NCBI GenBank assembly: GCA_963762115.1
Contig: CAVXJH010000005.1
Location: 64,001 to 128,000 of the forward strand
Length of the DNA stretch: 64,000 nt
Direction of reading: 5' to 3'
Source of the DNA: Candidatus Babeliales bacterium
Lineage (GTDB): Bacteria > Babelota > Babeliae > Babelales > JANWKD01
Under the pieces are notes generated by a model. It was not told the DNA's origin, ran no database searches, and saw only the letters and a list, made by a program, of their open reading frames with translations. The translations under genes and the position numbers were made by a program. Shown here piece by piece: positions 39,972 to 50,355 of the stretch (its first letter is position 1; each line of letters starts with the position of its first letter).

Positions 39972-42148
39972 GTAAGATCGCTCGTTAAAAACTGTTGCAA
40001 TAATGTTTTACGAACAATTGCTTTGTTATTCTTAACAGCCATAGCAATTGCTTTTGTTTGTCCTATTAAAATACACAATTTTTTAGCCCGCGTCAGCGCA
40101 GTATATAATAAATTACGCTGCAACAACATAAAATGTTGCATAAAAATTGGAATAATAATTGCTTGATATTCAGAGCCCTGACTTTTGTGAATAGAAAGCG
40201 CATAAGCAAGCACCAATTCATTTAATTCATCATACTCATACAACACCTTACGCTCAAAATAGGAAACAGTCATTGTTTTATCTTCTAGATGAATCTCTTC
40301 TATAGTGCCCGTATCACCGTTGAATACTAATTTATCATAATTGTTGCGAATCTGCATGACACGATCACCAAGCTTGAATAAAGCACCGTGATAAGTCAAT
40401 TGCACCGATGCATCGGCATTAAGAAACTGTTGCAAATGTTGATTCAAAATTTGCGTTCCGACAACACCACGATTCATAGGCACTAATATCGTTGCATCGT
40501 CAGGAGCAATGCCATACGTTGGCAATGTTGTTGTATACAACGATTTAATGTGCTTCAAAACATTATCTGGATCTTCTTCTTTGATAAAAATAAAATCTTT
40601 TCGTGAATCGGCTAAAAAGGAAGTGGGAAATTCTCCCTTATTAACGCGGTGAGCATTCACCACAATCAAACTATTTTGTGCTTGGCGAAAGATATGCGTC
40701 AATTCTATAGTGGGAATACAACCACTGGCAATGAGATCTCGTAAAAAATTGCCAGCACCAACAGAGGGCAATTGATCAATATCACCAATGAAAATAAGAT
40801 GGGTCCTTAAAGAGACTGCTTTGAGAAGCGCATGAGCCAAAAAGATATCAATCATTGATGCTTCATCAACAATCAAAAAATCTACTTTTAAGGCATTGCC
40901 TTCATTATGCACAAATTGCATAGTACTTACATCAAATTCCAACAAACGATGTAGGGTAACGGCATGCCGATTCGTGCTCTCAAGCATGCGCTTAGCTGCT
41001 CTGCCAGTTGGCGCAGCAAGCTGGTAAGAAAGTTTATTTTCTTCTAATAATGACAATAAATTTTTTATAACCGTTGTTTTTCCCGTGCCAGGGCCACCAG
41101 TAATGATGGCAACTTTTTCTTGCAAGCAAGTCATGATACCTTGTTGTTGATGTTCGTGTAATTCAACACCATTATTTACGTTGCCAATTCTTAATTTTTT
41201 ATAAATCTCTTCAAAATCAAAAGTATGCTGTTTGGGATGAGCAAGCAAATCTTTAATTTTTTTTGCAACCGCTTTTTCAACGCCATAATGTGCAGCCAAT
41301 GATAACCAATGCTCATCGTTAAGAGTAACCAATTTAATTTTTTCAGCTGCATGCAGTTCATGCAATGCCGCTCTAATAGTGACTTCATGTTCAGTATAAT
41401 CAAGTTCTAGAAGTTCAATGACCTTGACTTTAAGATCATTCAGTTCTGCATAAAGGTGACCTTGACTTGCGATATCGGTTAAGAAAAAAAGCATGCCAGC
41501 TTTTATACGCTTGAGCGAATGCTTTTCAAAGCCAAGATTTTGTGCAATCTTATCGGCCGTTTTAAAGCCTATACCCCAAATTTCTTCAGCCAATCGATAG
41601 GGATTTTCTTGTAACAAAGCGAGCGATTCATGACCCCATTTCTTATAAATTTTCACGGCATAAGCAGTTGAAACACCTTTCTCTTGCAAAAAAACCATGA
41701 CTGAAGCTATTTGCTTTTGATCTTGCCATGCAGTAATAATTTGTTCGCGACGCTTTTGACCAATACCGGCGACTTCTTGTAATCGTTGTGGCTGCTGATC
41801 AATAACTTCTAATACCGTCACACCAAAATGATTCACTAATTTTTCGGCATATACAGGACCAATGCCCTTAATTAAGCCTGAGCCAAGATATTTTTTAAGC
41901 CCAACTATCGTTTCAGGAACTTTTGCCGTACAGCTTTTTGCTTCAAATTGTCGACCAAATTTTGCATGACTAACCCAGGCGCCTTGCAAAGAAACATGCT
42001 CACCTGGGTTTATTGCGCTCAAATACCCTTTTACTATTGCCGTGGTATTACTTTTTAATTGCAATACAAATACAGAAAAGCCGTTGTCAGCGCTTTTGAA
42101 AAGTAATCGCTCAACAACTCCCTGTAATTCTTCTTGAAAGGGTTCCAT
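39962..42148 (-). CDS. recD2: ATP-dependent RecD-like helicase RecD2
   Basis: YLGSGLIKGIG HhH, TGGPGTGKT, VDEASM, GDIDQLPSVG, HKSQGSE. Confidence 0.93.
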   Translation of the reverse strand: MEPFQEELQGVVERLLFKSADNGFSVFVLQLKSNTTAIVKGYLSAINPGEHVSLQGAWVSHAKFGRQFEAKSCTAKVPETIVGLKKYLGSGLIKGIGPVYAEKLVNHFGVTVLEVIDQQPQRLQEVAGIGQKRREQIITAWQDQKQIASVMVFLQEKGVSTAYAVKIYKKWGHESLALLQENPYRLAEEIWGIGFKTADKIAQNLGFEKHSLKRIKAGMLFFLTDIASQGHLYAELNDLKVKVIELLELDYTEHEVTIRAALHELHAAEKIKLVTLNDEHWLSLAAHYGVEKAVAKKIKDLLAHPKQHTFDFEEIYKKLRIGNVNNGVELHEHQQQGIMTCLQEKVAIITGGPGTGKTTVIKNLLSLLEENKLSYQLAAPTGRAAKRMLESTNRHAVTLHRLLEFDVSTMQFVHNEGNALKVDFLIVDEASMIDIFLAHALLKAVSLRTHLIFIGDIDQLPSVGAGNFLRDLIASGCIPTIELTHIFRQAQNSLIVVNAHRVNKGEFPTSFLADSRKDFIFIKEEDPDNVLKHIKSLYTTTLPTYGIAPDDATILVPMNRGVVGTQILNQHLQQFLNADASVQLTYHGALFKLGDRVMQIRNNYDKLVFNGDTGTIEEIHLEDKTMTVSYFERKVLYEYDELNELVLAYALSIHKSQGSEYQAIIIPIFMQHFMLLQRNLLYTALTRAKKLCILIGQTKAIAMAVKNNKAIVRKTLLQQFLTSDLTCR

Positions 42149-42232
42149 ATAATGCTCATATTTTTTTCAATTAATCTAACTCACTTTGATCACACCGACA
42201 TTTCATTTAAAGCAAATTAGATACACTACAAC

Positions 42233-42365
42233 GTCATTATGAGGAAATTTACTTAAGTAAATTTCCGTAGTAATCCAGAACTAATTATATTTCCTAATTT
42301 ATTTTAGGAATAATTTTTTATAGACTGGATTCCTACGCCATGCTGCGCAAGGCTCAGAATGACAT
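42233..42365. repeat. REPIN-like element, copy 3
   Basis: gtcattatgagg...taatccag-spacer-ctggattcctacg...ctcagaatgac. Confidence 0.75.
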
Positions 42366-42433
42366 GTATATCTTTTAATGCTTTTGCTTTGCATAAAGTT
42401 ATTTACTTTACAAATTAATGTACATTCATTTAA

Positions 42434-43396
42434 TCATTTTTTTGGTTTTGATAATTCAAGAAATTGCTGCCAACCTCTAGGACAACTATCAATAACATCT
42501 TTTAAAAAATGAGTAAGATCGGTTGAAAATTCATCTAAAACTTTACAACTTGTCATCGTCTTATTAAAGATAACAAATTCCTGGCCATCTGCAATAGTTG
42601 ACCACTGCAATAAAAAGCTTTTTGGCCGATTTCTTTTTTGACAAAATTCTTCAACTAATTTAAAAAGAAACTTTTTTGCACCGGTCATTTTTTTACTAAA
42701 CGGTTGTAATATTTTTAAAACATCTTCTTTAACGATGATAAACACTGGCGCAAGATCTTCTCGATAGATCGCATGTTCTTTTTGCAGACTCGTATATGCT
42801 TCTTCATACCCCTCGATATCTTGAATATAAGCACGCTTCAACATTTCTTCCTGCTCTACTACCGCATTTTGATAGCTTTCATACAAAGCTTCTTCCATTG
42901 AAATTTGCTCTCGAACAACATGTTCATCTTCCAAAGTACGCTCAACAACCTCTTGTCGTTCACAACACTCTTCTTCAAATTTTTTTTCTAATACCGCCAA
43001 AGCTTCGGCAAGCTCCTCTTGATACTGCTCATATGCCATTTTATCTATATAGCGACATTCAAGTTCGTATTTTTTTGCATAATATGCTGCATCGTTCATT
43101 CGCTCATATTCAGCCAATGTATGCAAGGTATACCGCTTTCCTTGAAAAACATATTTTCCTTCATAGATGTTTTTTTCAGGATTTAACATACCAAACTGAA
43201 CCTTTTTAATGCCATGCCTAATACGCATCATATCCCAAATAGTTGCGCCATCAAGCGCAAATGGTATGCCATCAAGCAATTTTAAAACAGCGTTGGTAAG
43301 CGGTGGTGGCCCCAAGATGACAGCGGCAAAAATAACAGCCGATGAAAAATACAAGACTAAATATGCCAAACCTTTTTTTCTTGAACAAACTTTCAT
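42434..43396 (-). CDS. Hypothetical protein with N-terminal hydrophobic segment and acidic coiled coil
   Basis: aggagga RBS; long ORF. Confidence 0.7.
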   Translation of the reverse strand: MKVCSRKKGLAYLVLYFSSAVIFAAVILGPPPLTNAVLKLLDGIPFALDGATIWDMMRIRHGIKKVQFGMLNPEKNIYEGKYVFQGKRYTLHTLAEYERMNDAAYYAKKYELECRYIDKMAYEQYQEELAEALAVLEKKFEEECCERQEVVERTLEDEHVVREQISMEEALYESYQNAVVEQEEMLKRAYIQDIEGYEEAYTSLQKEHAIYREDLAPVFIIVKEDVLKILQPFSKKMTGAKKFLFKLVEEFCQKRNRPKSFLLQWSTIADGQEFVIFNKTMTSCKVLDEFSTDLTHFLKDVIDSCPRGWQQFLELSKPKK

Positions 43397-43424
43397 ACTA
43401 ACTCCTCCTTTGCATTATTATTTT

Positions 43425-45029
43425 TTATACCTCTGCTGCAAAGCGTAGTGTTACGTTAAAATCTTTCCCAATACCACTACTCAGAAAGGTATAATCCCCA
43501 TATAACGTCAAACACCAATCAAATTTCTCCCCCCTTCCCTCATAATTAGTCGAAATAAAAATTTTATTCTGATAGGCACCAGGCTTCACGGCAATATCAG
43601 TTCTAATTTCAGCAACTTGCCATGGTGTTGCATAAATAGTCCCTAAGCGCTCTCTATCTTGCCACCACAAATCAAATCCTAATCCAAGCTTCCATCTTTT
43701 TCTTTTGCCCAAAACAGAATCTATACATGAGGTAAATTTAAAAATAAATCCTGGATAAATCATCGTCTGATATACTTTTGGTATTAAGGTATTGATTAAT
43801 TGTTGATTTAAAAATGCTAATTTAAACGGAGCATCTGCTGGATTAGCGGGTGGAACTTGAGATGTTGTATAAGGCTCCAATGCGTTAAATTCCTGACTAA
43901 ATTTTTTGGTGATATAAAACCGCGTATCAAGCGCAGGACATAAATACTCTAACGCGCTTCTGGTTGTCATGCTAAAACGATCATTAAATTGTAAAAATTT
44001 TTCTGCAAAAATCATAAGACCCAAATGGCCATTATTACCTAACGAAGTTTGTAATAAATTTGCCGATAGTTTGTCAAAAGCAGAAAGTAAAAAATTCACT
44101 GAAATTGCTTCAATTTGCATAGGATCATTCACTTCACAGAAAACCAACTGAAATAATTCTAAAATATTGAATATTGGATGATTAGAATTTTTTTTGAAAT
44201 GAGAACCAAGCAGCCCCTTTTTAAAAGAGATCTGTGTTGGAATTGTTGCTTCAACGCCAACATTAAGCTGCAAGCTCTCATGCTCAACGACAAAATAACC
44301 AAGAGTCAACCGCGTATCGCCAAAGCCAATTCGATCACTAATAAAATGTTTTTGTTGCTCTGGATCACTTGGACCAAAAAATGCTTCTAAGAGTTTTTGT
44401 TCTTCAGGAGTCACAAAAAAATTGCGCTCAAGATAATATAATGGCGTTTTGAATTCTAGATTAAAACGACCATTTGCATGCGCAACACCAAACATAAATC
44501 CCCCCCGTCGCTCTTGCATCTTCAAAAGGCCAAATAATTCAATCGCCGTTGGAATATTAATACCCAAATCAAGCTGATCAATATTTTGTATAAAATTAGC
44601 ATTTTCAAGGTCCCAATAAGAAGTAATATTTATTCCTTCATCAGTAAAATTTGCTCGTGTTGTTTCATTATAAAAAAACCAACTATTAATTTGCCAGCGT
44701 TGAGGCAAACAATATTCATGAATTAAAAATTGAGGCATATCAAGCAGGGATCTTTGATTAACATTATAAGTATGTAAATATAAATTCTGCTGTAATTTAC
44801 TTTGCGCATCAATAGTTGCCGGATCTGCAATAAAATCTAAAACACCTTGTGCATCAATACAAGCAGTCGCTCGTAATCCTTCATGATCTTCCAGCATAGT
44901 TGCATAATTATCAAGCTCATCAACTATATATTCATCATAAGCTTCATCTATTGAATATACCGAGGCACAAGCAAAAAAAACAACAAAAACACACCCTACT
45001 ATTCTCTTTTTCATATAAACTGCTTTCAT
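43425..45029 (-). CDS. Putative outer-membrane beta-barrel protein
   Basis: Signal peptide; amphipathic aromatic strands; G.GDT.L.LG and LGNNGHLG motifs. Confidence 0.55.
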   Translation of the reverse strand: MKAVYMKKRIVGCVFVVFFACASVYSIDEAYDEYIVDELDNYATMLEDHEGLRATACIDAQGVLDFIADPATIDAQSKLQQNLYLHTYNVNQRSLLDMPQFLIHEYCLPQRWQINSWFFYNETTRANFTDEGINITSYWDLENANFIQNIDQLDLGINIPTAIELFGLLKMQERRGGFMFGVAHANGRFNLEFKTPLYYLERNFFVTPEEQKLLEAFFGPSDPEQQKHFISDRIGFGDTRLTLGYFVVEHESLQLNVGVEATIPTQISFKKGLLGSHFKKNSNHPIFNILELFQLVFCEVNDPMQIEAISVNFLLSAFDKLSANLLQTSLGNNGHLGLMIFAEKFLQFNDRFSMTTRSALEYLCPALDTRFYITKKFSQEFNALEPYTTSQVPPANPADAPFKLAFLNQQLINTLIPKVYQTMIYPGFIFKFTSCIDSVLGKRKRWKLGLGFDLWWQDRERLGTIYATPWQVAEIRTDIAVKPGAYQNKIFISTNYEGRGEKFDWCLTLYGDYTFLSSGIGKDFNVTLRFAAEV

Positions 45030-45224
45030 TCTACAAAGGGATTATTTTTTACCAGATAAGATTAGGCTTATCTTAACTAATTTTTGAGATCATGACAAAA
45101 ACGATACTAACAAATCAGTCAAAAAACTATCATTGAAATTATCCTTTTTACCATGCTATAGTTGTGCTACTGTCAACAGAGCAATGTAATAAAAAAAATA
45201 ATCTTCTCTTAACAAGAAACAGGA

Positions 45225-46625
45225 ATGATTATGATCAAAAAGATACCATTTTTCTCACTCTTTATTCTCCTTTTTTTAGGCACAATCTATACCCAACGAC
45301 ACACAAACAAATCATTAATCCCGCAAGTTAAAAAAACCACTTTTTTCAAAGCTCAAAATCTTAAAGATCAACGCCTCTTTAAAAAAATAATGAGTGATGT
45401 AGGAAAAAAATATAAAAATGATAAAAAAGCATATTATACTTTTATAACAAAAAAAAATGATGATGGCATGACGCCGCTCATGATTGCTTCAGTAACCTTT
45501 GACACAGAACAAGTTATTTTCTTACTTGATGAAATAGCAAAATATTATGGCAATAAAAAAACAAGCGAAGACAAAAAACAAATTTTTAATTATCTCGATT
45601 CACGTGGTCCAGAAGGTAATTCTGCATTTTTTTTCGCAACACAAAATGGTGATTATAAAACTATTAAGGCAATGATTAAACGCGTGCCAAAAATGTTAGA
45701 TGATAAACAATTATTTCTTAAATTTTTGACGGCAACGACCTATTCAGATAAATGGACTCCCTTACATTGGTTGGTTTACGACGGTGCAACCCAGACATTA
45801 GAATATCTAGTCACTTCAGCTGAAAAAATTCTTGGAAAACATTCACCAGAATTTGATGCATTCATAAATCCAATAAACGAAGATGGCGGAACACCGCTTA
45901 ATTATGCACTCAAAGGCAATAATAGAAAATTCCTTTTAGAACAAGGCGCAAACACTATTCATCCATTCAATCAAGATATTCAAGATGCACGTGCATTGTC
46001 GACACAATTCTTAGAAGCTCTTCATGATGCTGCATTTGGCAAAATGCAAAAAATCATGTATCAAGCTCAAGAAAAATTTCAATCAAATCCAAATCTATTT
46101 TACGAATTCATCACCGCAAAAGATGATGCTGGATGGGACCTTTTAATGCATGCCGTCACCCAAGGACGTTATGAATATGTCGCTTTCATACTCTATGCGA
46201 CAGAAAAATATTTTCATAATAAATCACAATATATTTATGATGTATTAAGCAGTGTTGCAATAGATGGCAATAGCCCTTTACTGCTTGCAATATTACGCAG
46301 AAATTTTGAAATCGCTAAACTGCTTATCGAAAAAATAAAAAAATATTCAAAAAATAAATATTTTTTTTACATGATCATGAATACAACAAATTATCCAAAG
46401 GGATTAACACCACTCTTTGCAACGGTTTTCTTTGGATCTGATAAAGATGAATTTTATGATACAAGCAAATTAATATTAGAATCTATTGCAGAGCGATTCG
46501 GCAAAGTTTCCCATGTCATGGATCTTTTTGTCAATAAAAGAAACTTGGATGGGTTTACGGCACTTTCCTATGCTTCTTCGGATAAATTAAAAAAATTATT
46601 GCGAGAGTATGGTGGGCATGAATGA
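45225..46625 (+). CDS. Exported ankyrin-repeat protein
   Basis: GMTPLMIA, WTPLHW, GGTPLNYA, GNSPLLLA, GLTPLF, GFTALSYA. Confidence 0.88.
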   Translation: MIMIKKIPFFSLFILLFLGTIYTQRHTNKSLIPQVKKTTFFKAQNLKDQRLFKKIMSDVGKKYKNDKKAYYTFITKKNDDGMTPLMIASVTFDTEQVIFLLDEIAKYYGNKKTSEDKKQIFNYLDSRGPEGNSAFFFATQNGDYKTIKAMIKRVPKMLDDKQLFLKFLTATTYSDKWTPLHWLVYDGATQTLEYLVTSAEKILGKHSPEFDAFINPINEDGGTPLNYALKGNNRKFLLEQGANTIHPFNQDIQDARALSTQFLEALHDAAFGKMQKIMYQAQEKFQSNPNLFYEFITAKDDAGWDLLMHAVTQGRYEYVAFILYATEKYFHNKSQYIYDVLSSVAIDGNSPLLLAILRRNFEIAKLLIEKIKKYSKNKYFFYMIMNTTNYPKGLTPLFATVFFGSDKDEFYDTSKLILESIAERFGKVSHVMDLFVNKRNLDGFTALSYASSDKLKKLLREYGGHE

Positions 46626-47118
46626 GTTATATTAAGGTATTTTGCTTGCCAAAAATACCTTAAACAAAAGCATAATATTCTGTTTGATAATTTTAAGCTT
46701 TTCATATTTTTGTTTCTTATTTTAAATCAATTTTTCTTTTTTTATTTGGCCTCATGTCGGCCAGACACAAAGGTATTGTTTGCCCAATACCTTTGATACA
46801 AGGGCACCAACGTTCCGTTGGATCTCTCTCCCACGCTCACATGAACCACTCACTCATTGATGCCTTCAGCATCAACGATTTCAGATTCATGGCGCGCTAC
46901 CGGAGTTACATTTTAAATTTTCCGTTGAGCAAAACTGTTGAATGATTTGCAAAATTTTTGTGAAGATGCACCTATCTGTCAAAACCTCGTTCGAAGACTA
47001 AAGAACTTGAAATATTATAGATATTGCATGGTGAAATTTTTATAAATAAGTTAGTCCGGTAGCGCGTCGTGCACCCGAAAGAATGATGCGAAGCATCATG
47101 ATGTGTGGTGCATATACG

Positions 47119-48580
47119 CTACTCTTTACCCACATTTTTACTATAATTAACGAGATACAGAGTTAATATATCAAAAAAAGAAAAGTAAAAAATGATTAAA
47201 GAATTGTGGGCAGCAAATGAGACTAATCGTATGTCATTAAAAGATAAACGCAGAAATGAAAGAGTTAGAATACTTCTAGAGGCCGTTGCCGATAGCCCAT
47301 CAGCAAGCATTTTACAAGCTTGCAACGGAGAAAATGCACAAGCAAAAGGTGCTTATCGTTTTCTTGCCACAACAGAAATTGATGAACAAGATATTCTCGA
47401 AGGACATTATCAAGCAACCGTCGAAAGAGCTGAAAATGCTGATGGAAAAGTCATTATTGTTAGCGATGGCATGGATGCATCTTTTAAAAATCTTAAAAAA
47501 ACTTCAGGGTTAGGAACTCTATCTAATACAAAAAGTTCACTTGGAATAAAAGTTCAAAATACGTATGTATTTAGTGAAAATTTTATTCCATTAGGGCTAA
47601 TAAATCAAAAGTATTGGATACGCAATAAAGAAGATTTTGGCAAAAAAAAACATAAGCTAAGGTTGCCTACAAAGGAAAAAGAATCTTATAATTGGATTGA
47701 ATCAATTTATCAAATAGAAAAAAAGCTTCCTATAAATAAAAGCTATTTATTTATAGGTGATGGTGGTGCCGATATTTATGATTTATTAACAGCAGAAAGG
47801 CGTGTAAATAGCGATTTACTCATTCATCTTGTGCAAAATAGAAATATACAGAACGAAGAAGAGCGTCTCTTTGAATTGCTGGAAAAACAATCAGTATTAG
47901 GCGTTATAACGAAAGAATTAGAACGTACAAAAACTCATTCTAAGAGAACTGCAAAGTTAGCGATTAGAGTCAAAGAAGTCGAAATTTGTTCTCCTTTAAA
48001 TCGAAAAAATGAAAAATTACCAACCATACATTTAACAGCGATTTATGTGCAAGAAATAGAATATGACAACTCAGTAAATGATCCAATAGTATGGCGACTT
48101 ATTACTACGATTAAAGTTCAATCATTGGAAGAAGCTGAAAAGCTTATTGCCCTTTACTCAAAACGTTGGCTCATTGAACGCTATCATTATATTTTAAAAG
48201 AAGGTTGTCGCATAGAAAAATTTCAAATGGAATCGGTTGATAACCTAAAAAGAACCTTGGCTGTTTACTCAATTGCTGCCTGGCGTTTAATTTATATCAC
48301 TTATCTTGCAAGAATTAAACCTGATGCCCCATGTAATTTAATTCTTACAACCGATGAAGCTGATGCGTTATATTGCACGCATCATAAAACTCTTACATTG
48401 CCCCCCAAATCTTTTTCTGTTAAAGAAGCAACTCAAATGATAGCAAAATTAGGAGGTTTTCTTGGCAGGAAAAACGATAAAGATCCTGGTGCAAAAGTTT
48501 TGTGGCAGGGATTATTTCGGCTAGAAGCCATTACACAAGCTTATCTTTTATTTAAAGAACTAAATGTGGGTAAAGAGTAG
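47119..48580 (+). mobile_element. IS4-family (IS50/Tn5-like) insertion sequence
   Basis: Perfect 19-bp TIRs ctactctttacccacattt (47119-47137, 48562-48580); 8-bp target duplication catatacg (47111-47118, 48581-48588). Confidence 0.95.
47192..48580 (+). CDS. IS4-family transposase
   Basis: D.RRN.R, AYRFL, KES..W, Y..RW.IE.YH..LK.GC..E, LGGFLGRK.D..PG; stop codon lies in the right TIR. Confidence 0.95.
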   Translation: MIKELWAANETNRMSLKDKRRNERVRILLEAVADSPSASILQACNGENAQAKGAYRFLATTEIDEQDILEGHYQATVERAENADGKVIIVSDGMDASFKNLKKTSGLGTLSNTKSSLGIKVQNTYVFSENFIPLGLINQKYWIRNKEDFGKKKHKLRLPTKEKESYNWIESIYQIEKKLPINKSYLFIGDGGADIYDLLTAERRVNSDLLIHLVQNRNIQNEEERLFELLEKQSVLGVITKELERTKTHSKRTAKLAIRVKEVEICSPLNRKNEKLPTIHLTAIYVQEIEYDNSVNDPIVWRLITTIKVQSLEEAEKLIALYSKRWLIERYHYILKEGCRIEKFQMESVDNLKRTLAVYSIAAWRLIYITYLARIKPDAPCNLILTTDEADALYCTHHKTLTLPPKSFSVKEATQMIAKLGGFLGRKNDKDPGAKVLWQGLFRLEAITQAYLLFKELNVGKE

Positions 48581-48728
48581 CATATACGCGCGGAAGATTT
48601 GATCCAACAGAATGTTGGGGCCCTTGTATCCAATGTATTGGGCAAACAATACATTGGTGCTGCCCGCATAGGGCCGATAGATTTTATTTAAAAAAATTAT
48701 GAAAAAAATAAAAATTCAAAATAAGTAT

Positions 48729-49394
48729 TTAATTTTGGCCCTCTAACGCAACATCATACAAATTTTTAAGCGCAGCAATCTGATCAGCTTTTGAAAAAAT
48801 CGCCGAAGCAACGGCAAACGAAGTGGCACCATGTTGCACAAGCTCATGAATATTAGTTTCATTAATACCACCATCCATGCCAATTTCAAATTTCAAACCT
48901 TGTTGCAGCTTATAAGCATGCAATGCTTTGAGCCTCTCAATCGACTCTTTCAAAAACGATTGTCCAGAAAAGCCTGGTTGCACAGACATCAACAAGACTT
49001 GATCAATGGATATCAAATGAGAAAAAATTTGTCTCAGCTCAGTTTTGGGGCTTATTGCAAGACAAGTTATTGCTTTTTTTTCTTTTATGATTTTATTTAT
49101 GCTTTCGATATCTGCATTTGATTCAATGTGAAATGATACAATATCACCAGCTCGTAACGCCAATTGTTTGATAATTTTTTCAGGATTTTCTGCCATTATA
49201 TGAACAAAGAGTGTTTTTTTTGAAAATTTAGCAATTGCATTAACCATCAGGGGCCCCCAGGTTAAATTTGGCACAAAATGATTATCCATAATATCAAGAT
49301 GAAATCCATCGCAATAGAATTCTAATGCCATAATAATTTTTGCAAGGTGTAATTGATCTGCCGCAATTAATGAAGGGAAAATTTTAATACTCAT
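48729..49394 (-). CDS. rpe: Ribulose-phosphate 3-epimerase
   Basis: PSL.AAD, HLDIMD.HFVPN, MSVQPGFSGQ, DGGI; start moved to 49394. Confidence 0.93.
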   Translation of the reverse strand: MSIKIFPSLIAADQLHLAKIIMALEFYCDGFHLDIMDNHFVPNLTWGPLMVNAIAKFSKKTLFVHIMAENPEKIIKQLALRAGDIVSFHIESNADIESINKIIKEKKAITCLAISPKTELRQIFSHLISIDQVLLMSVQPGFSGQSFLKESIERLKALHAYKLQQGLKFEIGMDGGINETNIHELVQHGATSFAVASAIFSKADQIAALKNLYDVALEGQN

Positions 49395-49475
49395 ATTTTT
49401 CTCGTTTTGTACTATATTAATGTAAAATAACCTCAAATTCACAAAAATAACTTAAATGAGATAAAAAAAATCGCA

Positions 49476-49577
49476 AATGTCATCCTGAGGCGTAGCCGTA
49501 GGGATCCAGTCTATAAAATTATTTCATAATAAATTCTGGATTCCTACGCTCTCGCTTTGCTCGAGCTCAGAATGACA
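49476..49577. repeat. REPIN-like element, copy 4
   Basis: aatgtcatcctgag...gggatccag-spacer-ctggattcctacg...ctcagaatgaca. Confidence 0.8.
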
Positions 49578-49702
49578 GTCGTATGCAAATTTCTCATGTC
49601 ATTTTTCCTGATAATCATCCAATCTTATACATAAACAATATTACTAAAATACTGTATACTATAAAGGGACACAAATCATAGATTTATAATGAAAGTATCA
49701 GA

Positions 49703-50155
49703 ATGGCCAATCAACAAATCTCAGTTAATATGTTTATTTTAATGGAAAATGATATCTCAAAGGCAGTTGCCTTTTATCAAGATTTAGGCTTAAAACTCAA
49801 TTTTCATAGCTCAAATCGATGGGCTGAATTTGATATCAATGGTGTCAAAATGGGATTAGCTCAAACAACCCAAGAATTACCTGAGCGCCGCACAGGCATA
49901 GTGCTAGAAGTTGAAGATATTCAAAAATTTTATGATGAGCATAAGGATTCTGGTATTTCATTTTTAAGTGAGCCCGTTGAAGCGGTCCACGGTCTTATTT
50001 TAAGCTTCAGGGACCCAGGTAATAACATTTTAGATCTCTATCAACCAACACCTGAAAAATTAAAAGAAGCCATTAAAAAAGCAGCGGAAGAAGCTGAAAA
50101 AAAGGGCGGTTGTTGCCAATCAGAAAAAGCAGATGATAAAGGCTGTTGTAAGTAA
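49703..50155 (+). CDS. VOC/glyoxalase-family protein with Cys-rich tail
   Basis: A..FYQ.LGL, LEVEDI, FRDPGNN; ends GGCC...GCCK. Confidence 0.8.
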   Translation: MANQQISVNMFILMENDISKAVAFYQDLGLKLNFHSSNRWAEFDINGVKMGLAQTTQELPERRTGIVLEVEDIQKFYDEHKDSGISFLSEPVEAVHGLILSFRDPGNNILDLYQPTPEKLKEAIKKAAEEAEKKGGCCQSEKADDKGCCK

Positions 50156-50355
50156 AAATGTATAAAAACAAGCATATAAAATCTTCATAGATTTACTCTG
50201 TTTTCTTATATTTTTATTACAAAAAATATGAGTCACTTACTGTAAATCTTGAATTACTTATTTTTTATTGTATACTATTTTTTATCAGTGAAATACCCTT
50301 ATTTCGCTCTCTGTTTTTGTATAATTTTTTATTCCTTTTTAAATAGGAGAAAAAC

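Larger units (their letters stand above)
46748..48676. repeat. Back-to-back pair of multi-hairpin units (locus B): 46748-46920 and 47011-47118 + 48589-48676, second unit split by IS4
   Basis: After removing the IS and one target duplication the second unit is an inverted homolog of the first. Confidence 0.82.

Noticed and set aside
47119..47325. Antisense ORF ending NVGKE like the transposase
   Set aside because: Consequence of reading into the identical terminal inverted repeat
50105..50155. C-terminal GCCK of the VOC protein as a prenylation signal
   Set aside because: No export signal; Cys pairs are more simply metal-binding
50160..50355. CIRCE operator upstream of groES
   Set aside because: No TTAGCACTC-N9-GAGTGCTAA match seen
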